DNA of 64,000 bases, from IMG/VR virus record IMGVR_UViG_3300042520_001372, one strand, 5' to 3'. The notes below the pieces were generated by a model, which was not told the origin of the DNA, ran no database searches, and worked only from the letters and a program-made list of their open reading frames with translations. Positions 1 to 9,085 of this stretch are shown here, one piece after another. Position 1 is the first letter of the stretch; every line of letters begins with the position of its first letter. Source of the DNA: a virus. A program made the translations under genes and the position numbers.

Positions 1-1
1 T

Positions 2-142
2 TTTAGCTTCTTCTTTAGGCTCTTCGCCACCGCCTAAGTGGGTTGCAAACCAGGCACCGCCGGCTGTAACTGCTGTAGTGATAGCACCAATAATTGCTTT
101 TTTGGTTGCTGACATTACGCCTTCTTCTTTTTCTTCTGACAT
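2..142 (-). CDS. Membrane-anchored protein, 3'-truncated by window edge
   Basis: ATG at 142 reads MSEEKEEGVMSATKKAIIGAITTAVTAGGAWFATHLGGGEEPKEEAK, open to the window edge; one hydrophobic segment. Confidence 0.6.
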   Translation of the reverse strand, partial: MSEEKEEGVMSATKKAIIGAITTAVTAGGAWFATHLGGGEEPKEEAK

Positions 143-159
143 TTTATTTAGTTTTTATT

Positions 160-522
160 TTAATCCTCTGTTGTACTTGATAAAGATACTCCGTCTTCTT
201 CATCTGTTTTTTGAATTAACATTTTATCTCTATCTTCTGAATTGAACCAATAATCGATTACTTTGTTTAAGTTACCGACAAAGGCACCTAATAAGATCAA
301 CAACATTTCTTTCCAGTCGTCAGCTATCTGTACTCCAACGAATACTGCTGAGTTAATTCCTACAATGATTAAAGTAAATAACCCTAAGATTACTAATGTA
401 ATTTTCCATCTATTGTTCTGCATTTCCTGCAGCATGTTGTAGAATCGATTAGTATCGGATACTTTAGCAGCAGGTTCTGTTGTTGAACCCACTGCTTTTT
501 TTATTGTTTCTTTAATACTCAT
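160..522 (-). CDS. Two-TM membrane protein
   Basis: Hydrophobic helices ITLVILGLFTLIIVGINSAVFVGV and MLLILLGAFVGNL; overlaps upstream gene by 4 nt. Confidence 0.7.
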   Translation of the reverse strand: MSIKETIKKAVGSTTEPAAKVSDTNRFYNMLQEMQNNRWKITLVILGLFTLIIVGINSAVFVGVQIADDWKEMLLILLGAFVGNLNKVIDYWFNSEDRDKMLIQKTDEEDGVSLSSTTED

Positions 523-2411
523 TTGTTTATAATTATTTTTGAAGTTGAAATTTTAGTATCTGTTTTAACTGATAAGAAATACAAACCATCTTCTAACTTA
601 GTTAAGTTAACAACGTATTTGTAGTCTCCTGCAGGCATTTTGGTGTTTAACACCTCCATTACCTTTCTGCCAATCAGATCGCTAACCATTACTTCGGTTT
701 GTGATTCTTGTTCTACTCTGAATTGAACATTAATTATTCCATCGTTTGGATTTGGAAATACTAATAAGTCTTTAAGTTCGTCAAGCTTGATTGCTTTCTT
801 AACTCTCCTTACTTCAATCACTCCCATTGCTGGTGTAATGTTCATATCCCTTGCATCATTACCTCCCACGTATTTAGGTCCAGTCCAGATAGCTGCGGAA
901 CCCCATTCATCTTGAGGCTTCTTAGCGATGAACTGAATGTTAAATACATTCTCACCGTCATTTACTAATTGATTTCCTTTTAAGTCAGCTGCACCAAATG
1001 CAACTACTCCGTCAGATGGGTTAGTGTATGAAGTCCAGTTCATCATCTTCTCAGTTAAATCGATTTTCTTAAACTCTAATAATGCTGTATCATACTTTAA
1101 TTCTAATTGAATTGCTCCTAATTGTTTTCCGTCGGTAAGCATTCTTACAGGAACGTTAACTAAGTTACCTTCGTCAACTTTAATTTTAGGCATGTTAACT
1201 TCAATAGTTTCAGTTACATTGTCGTACTGAACTGTGTTATCGATAATGTAGTTTTTAGCATTTGCTGAGTTGATAATCTTAATAGGAGTCAAACGAGCCA
1301 TTTTAAATCCTGTGGAGTTTGCATCTCCTTTAACAGCTACATAGTAAGTGATAGAATCTCTTCCATCTACCGAGTATGTGAAGTTATTAACTGTTGAGTA
1401 AGTAGAAGTCAAGTTAGAGCTTGCTCCGTTGATTGCATTATATTCGGCAACTGTAAAGAACATTACATCCTTCTTAGAGTTAGGCCAAGCAGAGAATCTA
1501 CCTGCTAATCTTCCATATACTGAATAAACGTCTGCAATGCTAATTAAACCATCAGTTCCGTTAACGTCCATTGTGTAGTAATCAAATCCTGCAGGAGTGT
1601 ATTGACCTAAGATAGATTGATTGATCTTCTGTGCATCTGCAGTAGAGAATACGTTACCGGGAGTCATTGTATCTCCTTTAACGACAATTCTAACATCCCA
1701 GTAAGTAGTATCTAAGAATTTTCTAAATACTGTAACTCCATTAGAGTTAGTCTTCTGTACTGCAATTTCAGTCCAGGTAGAAGAACTTTTAGCTCTTTTC
1801 TCTAAACTAACTGTTAAGTTTTTAGCATCTGTACCTGTAACGTTCTTAAACTTAGTAGCAAATCTTAATACCTTCTGATTGAAACGACCACCGTAAGAGT
1901 AAACTACCAAGGTAGTATCATTACCCCAGTTAGTAGCAGCTCTGTTAGAGAATGACTTAACACCTGATACTTTTAAAGTCTTAATAGAATCTAAAGTGTT
2001 CCATGTAGACTCACCAGCATGGGTAAAAGTTAAATCAAAGGTTGCTCCATTAGAGTAGTTAAAAGTTGAGTTAGTACCTGTGTAAGCTAAAGTAACTGTT
2101 AAGAACCCTTGAGTATTACTATCAACATACTGTAAGTATTGATCGGTAGCAGAGATCTTTAAGGTAGGTACAACTGCAGTAAATGCAGTATTATCGTAGA
2201 ATACACGAAACTGCACACCTGTAATTTTCTCAGAAGTAGAAGTGTTGTAGAAATGCAAAGGGGCAACAGTCTGTCCGACAGTAGTGGTTGCTACTTGATA
2301 ACCAGAATCAATTACCACCCAGTGCCCTGTTCCAGGTGATGTTGAAGATGATTGTGCCGATACTCCGAAAACGGCCAATGCCGTCAGAAGGAATGCGATG
2401 AGTTTTTTCAT
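519..2411 (-). CDS. Secreted cohesin/dockerin-like protein with T9SS type A C-terminal sorting domain
   Basis: Signal peptide MKKLIAFLLTALAVFGVSA-Q; cohesin-like motifs (GVQFRVFYDNTAF, GAIQLELKYDTALLEF); dockerin-like DVNGTDGLISIADV and KGDANS; C-terminus VFPNP...SDLIGR...GLYFL...KIII. Confidence 0.8.
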   Translation of the reverse strand: MKKLIAFLLTALAVFGVSAQSSSTSPGTGHWVVIDSGYQVATTTVGQTVAPLHFYNTSTSEKITGVQFRVFYDNTAFTAVVPTLKISATDQYLQYVDSNTQGFLTVTLAYTGTNSTFNYSNGATFDLTFTHAGESTWNTLDSIKTLKVSGVKSFSNRAATNWGNDTTLVVYSYGGRFNQKVLRFATKFKNVTGTDAKNLTVSLEKRAKSSSTWTEIAVQKTNSNGVTVFRKFLDTTYWDVRIVVKGDTMTPGNVFSTADAQKINQSILGQYTPAGFDYYTMDVNGTDGLISIADVYSVYGRLAGRFSAWPNSKKDVMFFTVAEYNAINGASSNLTSTYSTVNNFTYSVDGRDSITYYVAVKGDANSTGFKMARLTPIKIINSANAKNYIIDNTVQYDNVTETIEVNMPKIKVDEGNLVNVPVRMLTDGKQLGAIQLELKYDTALLEFKKIDLTEKMMNWTSYTNPSDGVVAFGAADLKGNQLVNDGENVFNIQFIAKKPQDEWGSAAIWTGPKYVGGNDARDMNITPAMGVIEVRRVKKAIKLDELKDLLVFPNPNDGIINVQFRVEQESQTEVMVSDLIGRKVMEVLNTKMPAGDYKYVVNLTKLEDGLYFLSVKTDTKISTSKIIINK

Positions 2412-2872
2412 TTTTGTATATTAATTAGTTGTTTTATTGCATGTTGTTTTAACCAAGGTTCAGGATTAGTAAGCTTATCAATGAAGGTAAGCTCATACCT
2501 GTAACACCATGCCTCCTCTTGTTCAGGAGTAATGATGTACCCTTTTTGTAAAACATGCAAATGTAAACTCTCATGAACCAACACTACAGCGAGGTTGTTA
2601 ATTGAATTTAACTTTACATCTTTAACAGCAACTAGGATTGTTCCTTTGTTTCCATAACTTCCATCATTAGATGAAAACCCTGAAGACCAGAACTCAACTC
2701 TATTACAAACACTATCAATCAGCTGATATTTTTCAATATCGGTCTTTTGAATTAATGTTAACGCTGAATCTATTTTCTTATCCCATCCGTCACCGGCTTT
2801 ATCTATCCTAATCTGGCTAGAAGAAAAACTGGTTATCAAAGAAGTTAAGGCAAACAGAAGCAGTGCTTTCAT
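2408..2872 (-). CDS. Secreted HEXXH zinc-metallopeptidase-like protein
   Basis: Signal peptide; LVHESLH followed by EQEE. Confidence 0.6.
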   Translation of the reverse strand: MKALLLFALTSLITSFSSSQIRIDKAGDGWDKKIDSALTLIQKTDIEKYQLIDSVCNRVEFWSSGFSSNDGSYGNKGTILVAVKDVKLNSINNLAVVLVHESLHLHVLQKGYIITPEQEEAWCYRYELTFIDKLTNPEPWLKQHAIKQLINIQK

Positions 2873-2885
2873 TTCATATAAATAG

Positions 2886-2908
2886 AAAAAGGTCTGCGTT
2901 AACAGACC
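2886..2908 (-). terminator. Intrinsic terminator after nrdJ
   Basis: Minus strand GGTCTG-ttaacg-CAGACC then T5. Confidence 0.7.
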
Positions 2909-2933
2909 CTTTCTTAAATTTTTTTGATTAAGA

Positions 2934-4790
2934 TTATTTTACTTCACAAGCACCGCCGGCACAAGCCGCTTCTGCTGCTAAGTCAGTCATATCTTCCAAC
3001 TCAACTACTTTACTTAAATCAACTTCTTTCAAAGTTTCCATCAAAGCATTATACTCTTCTTCCGTGCAATCGGTAAAAGGAGCCTGGACGTAAGTATGTC
3101 CGTCGAATGGTAATACTGAAAGTCCATTGTAAAACTTTCTATTCTCCCACATCCATTCTCCAACTGCATCCCATTCGTCATTCTTGATTGAGACTGTAGC
3201 TGAAACGTTATGAGTATTGTTTCCTTTTCTATGACCGGGCTTAATCCATTCCTTAGTTACCTGCTTTACTCTTTCTAATAAATCAAAAGGTGATTCTGTT
3301 CTCAGGATTGCACCTTCAGGAGCCTTTTGAGGTACCGTAATGATTGCAGTATCATGAGGACGGAACTTATCATCTTCCAATAATTCTGGATGGTAAATGC
3401 TTAGGTAAGTATAAATTGCTTCGTTCTTACCTACTCTCACTCTTCTTAGGTAATAGTCATTATGCCATGCATGAATTCCACTAGAGGTTCCAAGTGCTAG
3501 AGAGGTTGTGCCTGCTGGCTTAACTGTAGTACATCTTGCGGCACTGTTGATTCCTAAAATCTTAGCAACCCTTTCATTTTCTAACTTTACTACTTCAGCT
3601 GCTTTAATCATATCGTAGCTAGTTACAACTCCTGAGCCAATACCGGTCATTGATACTCCGATCAAAGCTTCTTTCTCTGTAGTTCTTTTCCAAACCTCTC
3701 TTAGGTAGTGGAAGTTAGAGTAGCCGGCCTGTAAAGTTCCGATCAAGGCTGCTGCTTTAACTCTACCATCTAAATCCTCTTGAGTCTCAATATCCGAAAC
3801 ATTTACTTCACATAAATTACAGAATTGGAAAGGACGTAGAGCAATCTCACAGCATGGATTAGTTCCCCACTCAGCATTGTTGGTGAAGTAAACCCCTGGT
3901 TCACCTGCTCCTGATGCTTCGATTCTCTTCCAGATATCCCAGAATTGTTCTTTCTCAGTAATTGATCTTACTAAAACAGCTGAGTTATTAGCTCTACCGC
4001 GTTGAGGATTTAATTCCCACCAAGCACCCGACTTACAAGAAATCATTTCATCATCGTCAGGAGAGAATAGAGAAATTAAAGCAGCTCTTCTAATACCGCC
4101 AGCCAATACTGCATCTGCAATATGACAAACTATATCATGAACTTCGATGGTGGTTAATTTATCACCATCTTCTTTTGCTTCAAGCATACCCTGTAACTTA
4201 ACCAAACACTCTCTCAAAGGGCCTGGTCCTGGTGCTTTACCGCCGGCAGTAATTAATCTTGCTCCTTTTGGTCTAATATCTGAGAAGTCAAACTCAATAG
4301 AAGAAGTTCCTCTAAAGTAAGACTTCATTAATACCTTAACTGCATCAGCCCATCCTTCAATAGAGTCCCCGATAAGGAATCTTTTCTTTCGGTTTTTTTT
4401 AGGCTTTCTAATTTCAGGAAGCTTTTCGATGTGATCGTATTGAACTGAATAACCAACCCCGGTTCCTCCTAATAATAAGAACATCACTTCGCCGAAAGCT
4501 CTCCAATCATCGATTGGTAGGAATGCGCAGTTGTAGATACGTGCTGGATTTACTTCGATAGGGCGTCCTGCAAACTGCATTGATCTCATTGAAGGTAAAA
4601 CCTTTTTGTCATAGACGTACTTATAAGCTGCTTCAATCTCCTCTTTCAATTGAGGATACTTCTTTTGATGCATCTCTTTGTTTCTTGTAACCAACTCTTG
4701 CCATGTTTCTCTTCTATTCAAATGCGGTTGGTATTTCGCATATTTCATGAAAACTGTAATCTCGCTTAAAATTTTTGTTGAAATGTCCAT
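2934..4790 (-). CDS. nrdJ: Class II (adenosylcobalamin-dependent) ribonucleotide reductase
   Basis: LPSMRSMQF, YNCAF, GGIRRAALISL, TNPCCEI, TTVKPAGT, C-terminal CAGGAC. Confidence 0.93.
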   Translation of the reverse strand: MDISTKILSEITVFMKYAKYQPHLNRRETWQELVTRNKEMHQKKYPQLKEEIEAAYKYVYDKKVLPSMRSMQFAGRPIEVNPARIYNCAFLPIDDWRAFGEVMFLLLGGTGVGYSVQYDHIEKLPEIRKPKKNRKKRFLIGDSIEGWADAVKVLMKSYFRGTSSIEFDFSDIRPKGARLITAGGKAPGPGPLRECLVKLQGMLEAKEDGDKLTTIEVHDIVCHIADAVLAGGIRRAALISLFSPDDDEMISCKSGAWWELNPQRGRANNSAVLVRSITEKEQFWDIWKRIEASGAGEPGVYFTNNAEWGTNPCCEIALRPFQFCNLCEVNVSDIETQEDLDGRVKAAALIGTLQAGYSNFHYLREVWKRTTEKEALIGVSMTGIGSGVVTSYDMIKAAEVVKLENERVAKILGINSAARCTTVKPAGTTSLALGTSSGIHAWHNDYYLRRVRVGKNEAIYTYLSIYHPELLEDDKFRPHDTAIITVPQKAPEGAILRTESPFDLLERVKQVTKEWIKPGHRKGNNTHNVSATVSIKNDEWDAVGEWMWENRKFYNGLSVLPFDGHTYVQAPFTDCTEEEYNALMETLKEVDLSKVVELEDMTDLAAEAACAGGACEVK

Positions 4791-4850
4791 TATATTAATT
4801 TGTATTGTATTTAATAACTAGCCGGTTTTTTTAAAAAATTCCCGGTTTTT

Positions 4851-6221
4851 TTAAGAAAAAGATGAAAGTTTCATGAATTTCTTAGCTAATTCCTTCTTAT
4901 CGAAGCTATCTACCTGGGAAAATGTTGTGGGTGTGTTAGAAGTGGTATCTTCGTAGGTCGGCATATCTTCGGTTAATTCGATATGACCGTTGTTAGTATC
5001 GATCTTTGCTCCGAAGGTCATTCCATCCATTCCGTATCGATTCTTCATAACGTGTACTCGGCCTGTTCCGTGAACCTTATCTTCTTTCTTTCTGGATAAA
5101 GATAAACAGAAGTCAGCAACCATGATCTTATCATATGATCCTGCTGCCTTATCTCCTTCGATAATATCGTCTTTTGCTCCCATTCGGTTAACCTGAGAAG
5201 GTGATAGAACAACTACTTTAAATTCCTTAGCCATTCCCTTACATGCAACGTACATATCATCAATTTCATCTTTCCTTTCAGTAAACTTCTTGGAAGGTGG
5301 TCGGAGATAATCGATGTAGTCAATTACTACCATATCAGGTTTAATGTCTGCGTCAATGCACTTTTGAATATGGGCTTTCAAGGTTGCTACAGAGGCTGCT
5401 TTAGGTGGATACTCTTTTACTACTAGCTTACCGGCCAGACCCTCAACTATGCTCTCAACCTCCGGGCGGTGATGCTGTACTTCTTCGATTGAATGCCCGG
5501 TAAAGTAACAGTCAAATCGTTTACCAACGTAATCCTGTCCTAATTCTAGAGTATAGTAAATGACATTGTAACCCATCTTAACTGCGTGAGCTGCCATTGC
5601 AACCATCATCCAAGATTTACCTCCCCCTGGGTTACCAAATACAATACCTAAATCACCAGCTCCAAAACCTCCTTGGGTTAATTGGTTCAACATAGGCCAA
5701 GGAGTAGGAACGGTGGGGCGATAATCCTCCCGGTAACGGGTCTCAATATCCTTATTATATTCGTGTCCAATGTTTCTATCCTGTCCGGCCTTTAACGCGT
5801 TATCAATCAAGTGCCGAATTGAATCGTAGTCACCTGAGTTTAGAAGGTCAACTGAATTTAATAGAGCTGTTTTTAATTGTTGGTTCTTACAGAAGGCAGT
5901 AAATTCTTCTTCTACATACTGAAGTTCATCATCTGAATGTCGGTAAGCTTCTTTGATCTGCTCAACAATCGAAGTCTTAAGTACATCGTTATCTAGTTTT
6001 TTCACTCCTATTTTTAGAGTATCCATTGAGATTACAGTATGGTATTTATTCCAATACTGTAAAATTTCATTGATAATCCATTTATGAGCAGGGTTTGGAA
6101 AGTGCTCATCGGATAAAATATCGTAGATATTCTGAACGAATTCTTTTCTTGTTAGTAATGCTCCGATTGTTTTTACTTGAAACGCCGGGCCGTAATCGCT
6201 TAGTACTTTTAATGATGCCAT
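4851..6221 (-). CDS. DnaB/gp41-like replicative helicase
   Basis: Walker A GNPGGGKS, YYTLE, Walker B VVIDYID, SQVNR, KNRYG. Confidence 0.92.
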   Translation of the reverse strand: MASLKVLSDYGPAFQVKTIGALLTRKEFVQNIYDILSDEHFPNPAHKWIINEILQYWNKYHTVISMDTLKIGVKKLDNDVLKTSIVEQIKEAYRHSDDELQYVEEEFTAFCKNQQLKTALLNSVDLLNSGDYDSIRHLIDNALKAGQDRNIGHEYNKDIETRYREDYRPTVPTPWPMLNQLTQGGFGAGDLGIVFGNPGGGKSWMMVAMAAHAVKMGYNVIYYTLELGQDYVGKRFDCYFTGHSIEEVQHHRPEVESIVEGLAGKLVVKEYPPKAASVATLKAHIQKCIDADIKPDMVVIDYIDYLRPPSKKFTERKDEIDDMYVACKGMAKEFKVVVLSPSQVNRMGAKDDIIEGDKAAGSYDKIMVADFCLSLSRKKEDKVHGTGRVHVMKNRYGMDGMTFGAKIDTNNGHIELTEDMPTYEDTTSNTPTTFSQVDSFDKKELAKKFMKLSSFS

Positions 6222-6266
6222 TTCTTATAACTTCTTTTTATAACTTATTTTAATTAATATACGAAC

Positions 6267-6995
6267 TTAATCTTTATAAATCCACCTATACCCTGCAGAT
6301 TTAAATACTTTTTCTCCTGCTTGATTCTTATGGCAACAATTACGAACTGCAGATGGTGAAAATCCAAACTCCCCAGTTTCTTTTAAACTCTTGAACTCCT
6401 TAATAATTTCTCCGGTACTGTCATTTAACTGTAAAACAGCCCTCCATTTTTTTGGATTTTCTACTCCTTTTTTTGCTTCTGATATAGCTTTTTTTTCATC
6501 AGCAGTCCTAGGTATTCCTTTATTCCAAGAAGCAATTCCTCTTTTTGCTTCTGAAATTCGCTGCTTAGTTTCCTCAGTATGTGAAATACCTGTTCGTGTC
6601 GCTTTACCCCTTCTCCGTTCTGAGATTTGCTTTTTGTGTTTTTCGGTCAAAGTTTTTCCTTTATGTGTTTTTGAATTAGCTTCTTTGAATCCTAATCGGG
6701 CTTCTTCATATACTCTGGAGCTAGGTGTGTACCTACTTTGTTTGGGGTTATGCTGAGTGCACATCTTCCAGAAAGCGTAAGCCCGTGATTGACTATTCGG
6801 TTTATCTCTATATAACAACCAATGCGCTATAAAATGTTCTCTAGCTGTTAATAATACCAAATTTTCTTTTGTATTAGAACCGCCTTCACTCTTAGGTACT
6901 ATATGGTGCTTTTCGTAGTAAGTTTCTTTTGTTTTTGTTCTGTTTTCTTGCTGTGCTTTTTGCACCAGTAAATTGTAATGTTTGTAATATTCCAT
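6267..6995 (-). mobile_element. Free-standing HNH homing endonuclease with NUMOD3/NUMOD1-like DNA-binding modules
   Basis: EKHHIVPKSEGGSN...NLVLLTAREHFIAHWLL; HTEETKQRISEA repeats; C-terminal IKEFKSLKE...SAGYRW. Confidence 0.88.
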
Positions 6996-7084
6996 TTATT
7001 ATAAATAGTCTTAACATCAACATTCTACTATATACTGCAAATAAAAAGTTTTTTAGAAAATTAAACTTATTTTAGTATTTGTCA

Positions 7085-7420
7085 TTACTCACCTCCTCCG
7101 TAGGTTTGTTCAATTAATTTTTTAAGACAAGCAAGTTCTGCTTCTTCGTAGGTTTCAAATCCAAATCCTTTCGTCCAATTTATTTGGTAGTAGTAAAACG
7201 AAAACTCTTTGTCGGTGTCTTTTTTAAATCCAATATAAGAATCTACATAGTGCTTCTCTCTAAACCATCTAAATGCCATAGCGTTACACACTGTTCTATG
7301 AATATCATCTGGGGGTAGTTCATCAAGATACTCAGGTTTCATGTCAGTGTCGGCTAGATTGTGTGTCTCAGCTAACCACTCAAAAAAGTTTAAGTCTTCT
7401 AATTCTGTGTATAGTTTCAT
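7085..7420 (-). CDS. Hypothetical protein (micro-cassette), paralogue of 8616..9050
   Basis: Shares AFRWFRE and YEEAELACLKKLIE with 8616..9050; ends EQTYGGG like 8085..8411. Confidence 0.75.
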   Translation of the reverse strand: MKLYTELEDLNFFEWLAETHNLADTDMKPEYLDELPPDDIHRTVCNAMAFRWFREKHYVDSYIGFKKDTDKEFSFYYYQINWTKGFGFETYEEAELACLKKLIEQTYGGGE

Positions 7421-7438
7421 TTGTTACCTCCGTATGTT

Positions 7439-7654
7439 TTATTTACAAAACTTTTCTAATTTTTGAAGATTAATTATTCCTAATTCTTCACATGCAGACA
7501 TAGATAATTTTACTTCATCTACATTGAAACCTTTTTCAATAATAAAAGTTGCAATGTGTGAACGATTATCAATATGTATAGCAGTTACACGATGGGTAGC
7601 GTCTTTTAGGTCTTTATTGAACCATGTAAGTCCCCAAACTATTACTTTACTCAT
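7439..7654 (-). CDS. Small hypothetical protein (micro-cassette)
   Basis: Preceded by GAAGGTAACAA-ATG linker. Confidence 0.6.
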   Translation of the reverse strand: MSKVIVWGLTWFNKDLKDATHRVTAIHIDNRSHIATFIIEKGFNVDEVKLSMSACEELGIINLQKLEKFCK

Positions 7655-7844
7655 TTGTTACCTTCTTTTTACAATCTTGGTTTCTTCCAAAAACTTCATC
7701 GATGGTATTATCACTATATCCATCAAGTTTTAATGCTAATTCAAGTGCTTCTCTAATAGCATAAGGATAATTACAAGACTTTGTGTCAATTGTTACAATT
7801 GCAGTTTGTCTTTCTTCGTTAGTTCTGTTAATAGTTATTATCAT
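7647..7844 (-). CDS. Small hypothetical protein (micro-cassette)
   Basis: Preceded by ACATACGGAGGTAACAA-ATG. Confidence 0.65.
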   Translation of the reverse strand: MIITINRTNEERQTAIVTIDTKSCNYPYAIREALELALKLDGYSDNTIDEVFGRNQDCKKKVTNE

Positions 7845-7860
7845 TTGTTACCTCCGTATG

Positions 7861-8088
7861 TTAAATTACTAAATTTACTTGGGCTATTCCTGAATCGTTT
7901 GAAATGAATATTTTAATACCCATAAATGTTTCAACTTTTACAATACCTTCATAGTCTTTAATGACAGACCTTATCATGAAGTCTTTTGTTGATTCATTCA
8001 TTAAAATACCAATCGGCTTTTTATTATTTTGTGATTCGTATTTCTCTATTTTAAATACAATATCAGCCATTAATTCATCATATGTCAT
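7861..8088 (-). CDS. Small hypothetical protein (micro-cassette)
   Basis: Preceded by GGAGGAGGTAACAA-ATG; ATGA overlap. Confidence 0.65.
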   Translation of the reverse strand: MTYDELMADIVFKIEKYESQNNKKPIGILMNESTKDFMIRSVIKDYEGIVKVETFMGIKIFISNDSGIAQVNLVI

Positions 8089-8411
8089 TTGTTACCTCCT
8101 CCGTAGGTTTGTTCGTAGTATTGTTCACCAGTTAGTGGTAGCGTACTTTCAGGATAATCAATTCCATGAACTGTTCCTTTGTTGTATGCAGTTTCAATTC
8201 TTTGCTTCTCCATTTCTTTGGCTTGTTCAAGTAATTCAATATACTGAATCTCAAATTCTTTAAGTGATATTTCCTCATTGTTTAATTTTGTAAGTAAATC
8301 CACATAAGATTTTGCTAACCACTCTACTGCTAACTTATTGTTTGTCCTATTTTCTGTGTTTGTGTAAACCTGAATTATGTTTTTAAGTTTATTTATTTTA
8401 TTGTTTGTCAT
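8085..8411 (-). CDS. Small hypothetical protein (micro-cassette)
   Basis: Starts MTNNK, ends EQYYEQTYGGGNK; ATGA overlaps at both ends. Confidence 0.7.
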   Translation of the reverse strand: MTNNKINKLKNIIQVYTNTENRTNNKLAVEWLAKSYVDLLTKLNNEEISLKEFEIQYIELLEQAKEMEKQRIETAYNKGTVHGIDYPESTLPLTGEQYYEQTYGGGNK

Positions 8412-8629
8412 TTGTTACCTCCTTCGTAGGTTAATTCAATTACCTTAAACTCAAGTATTCCAATATTGTTATTGCTATTTACAAAATGTTCAATTTCACC
8501 CAATGTTGTATTCTCGTTACATAACATTGATGGATTTATAACCTTCCAATCATCTGGGCTAATTTGAATACTTGTCTTAAAAGTTGCTACAAATTGTTTC
8601 ACTGCCGTTTGTTGTTTATTGTTTTCCAT
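8408..8629 (-). CDS. Small hypothetical protein (micro-cassette)
   Basis: Starts MENNKQQT, ends TYEGGNK. Confidence 0.65.
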   Translation of the reverse strand: MENNKQQTAVKQFVATFKTSIQISPDDWKVINPSMLCNENTTLGEIEHFVNSNNNIGILEFKVIELTYEGGNK

Positions 8630-9050
8630 TTACTATTTCAATTAATTTTTTAAGACAAGCAAGTTCTGCTTCTTCGTATGGTTGATATTTCATCTCCCAT
8701 TGTTTAGGGTCTGTATTATAATGACCAATAACAGAAATATCCCACCAGGTAGTTTTATTAATTAGTCCTCCAATATAATTGATTTGACATCTAAGATTGT
8801 GGTTCTCTCTAAACCATCTAAATGCTTGTGAGAATGTTGGTGCTCCGAACCATTTTAACCTATCATGTTTTTGAAAAGGTATATAATCTCCTGATGCATC
8901 TCTTATATTGTTAAAGTAAAATGATTCAGCATTTTTTCCATCATAAAAAGCTAAACAAGGTTCATCAAATCCAAGTTGCTTTAACTCTAAAGCAAGTTCG
9001 TAGGGTACAAATTCTTTGTTCATCTCCGTTTGTTGTTTATTGTTTGTCAT
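8616..9050 (-). CDS. Phage hypothetical protein, first gene of micro-cassette array
   Basis: FVPYELALELKQLGFDEPC...APTFSQAFRWFRE...YEEAE; promoter immediately upstream. Confidence 0.8.
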   Translation of the reverse strand: MTNNKQQTEMNKEFVPYELALELKQLGFDEPCLAFYDGKNAESFYFNNIRDASGDYIPFQKHDRLKWFGAPTFSQAFRWFRENHNLRCQINYIGGLINKTTWWDISVIGHYNTDPKQWEMKYQPYEEAELACLKKLIEIVNGKQ

Positions 9051-9054
9051 AACC

Positions 9055-9085
9055 TTAATATATGAAATTATTTGAATTTAGACAA
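9055..9085 (-). promoter_or_regulatory. Bacteroidota-type -33/-7 promoter
   Basis: TTG-N20-TATATTAA, 4 nt upstream of ATG at 9050. Confidence 0.65.

Larger units (their letters stand above)
7083..8432 (-). repeat. Dispersed junction repeat, core GGAGGTAACAAATG
   Basis: Copies at about 7418-7438, 7652-7664 (partial), 7842-7862, 8086-8114 and 8409-8432; variant at 7083-7110. Confidence 0.85.

Noticed and set aside
160-522. Holin call for the two-TM protein
   Set aside because: No endolysin nearby, and it is coupled to the secreted-protein operon; topology alone is insufficient
7418-8432. Linker repeats as CRISPR repeats or integron attC sites
   Set aside because: Intervals are whole ORFs of 190-320 bp; repeats are not palindromic; no integrase or cas genes in the window
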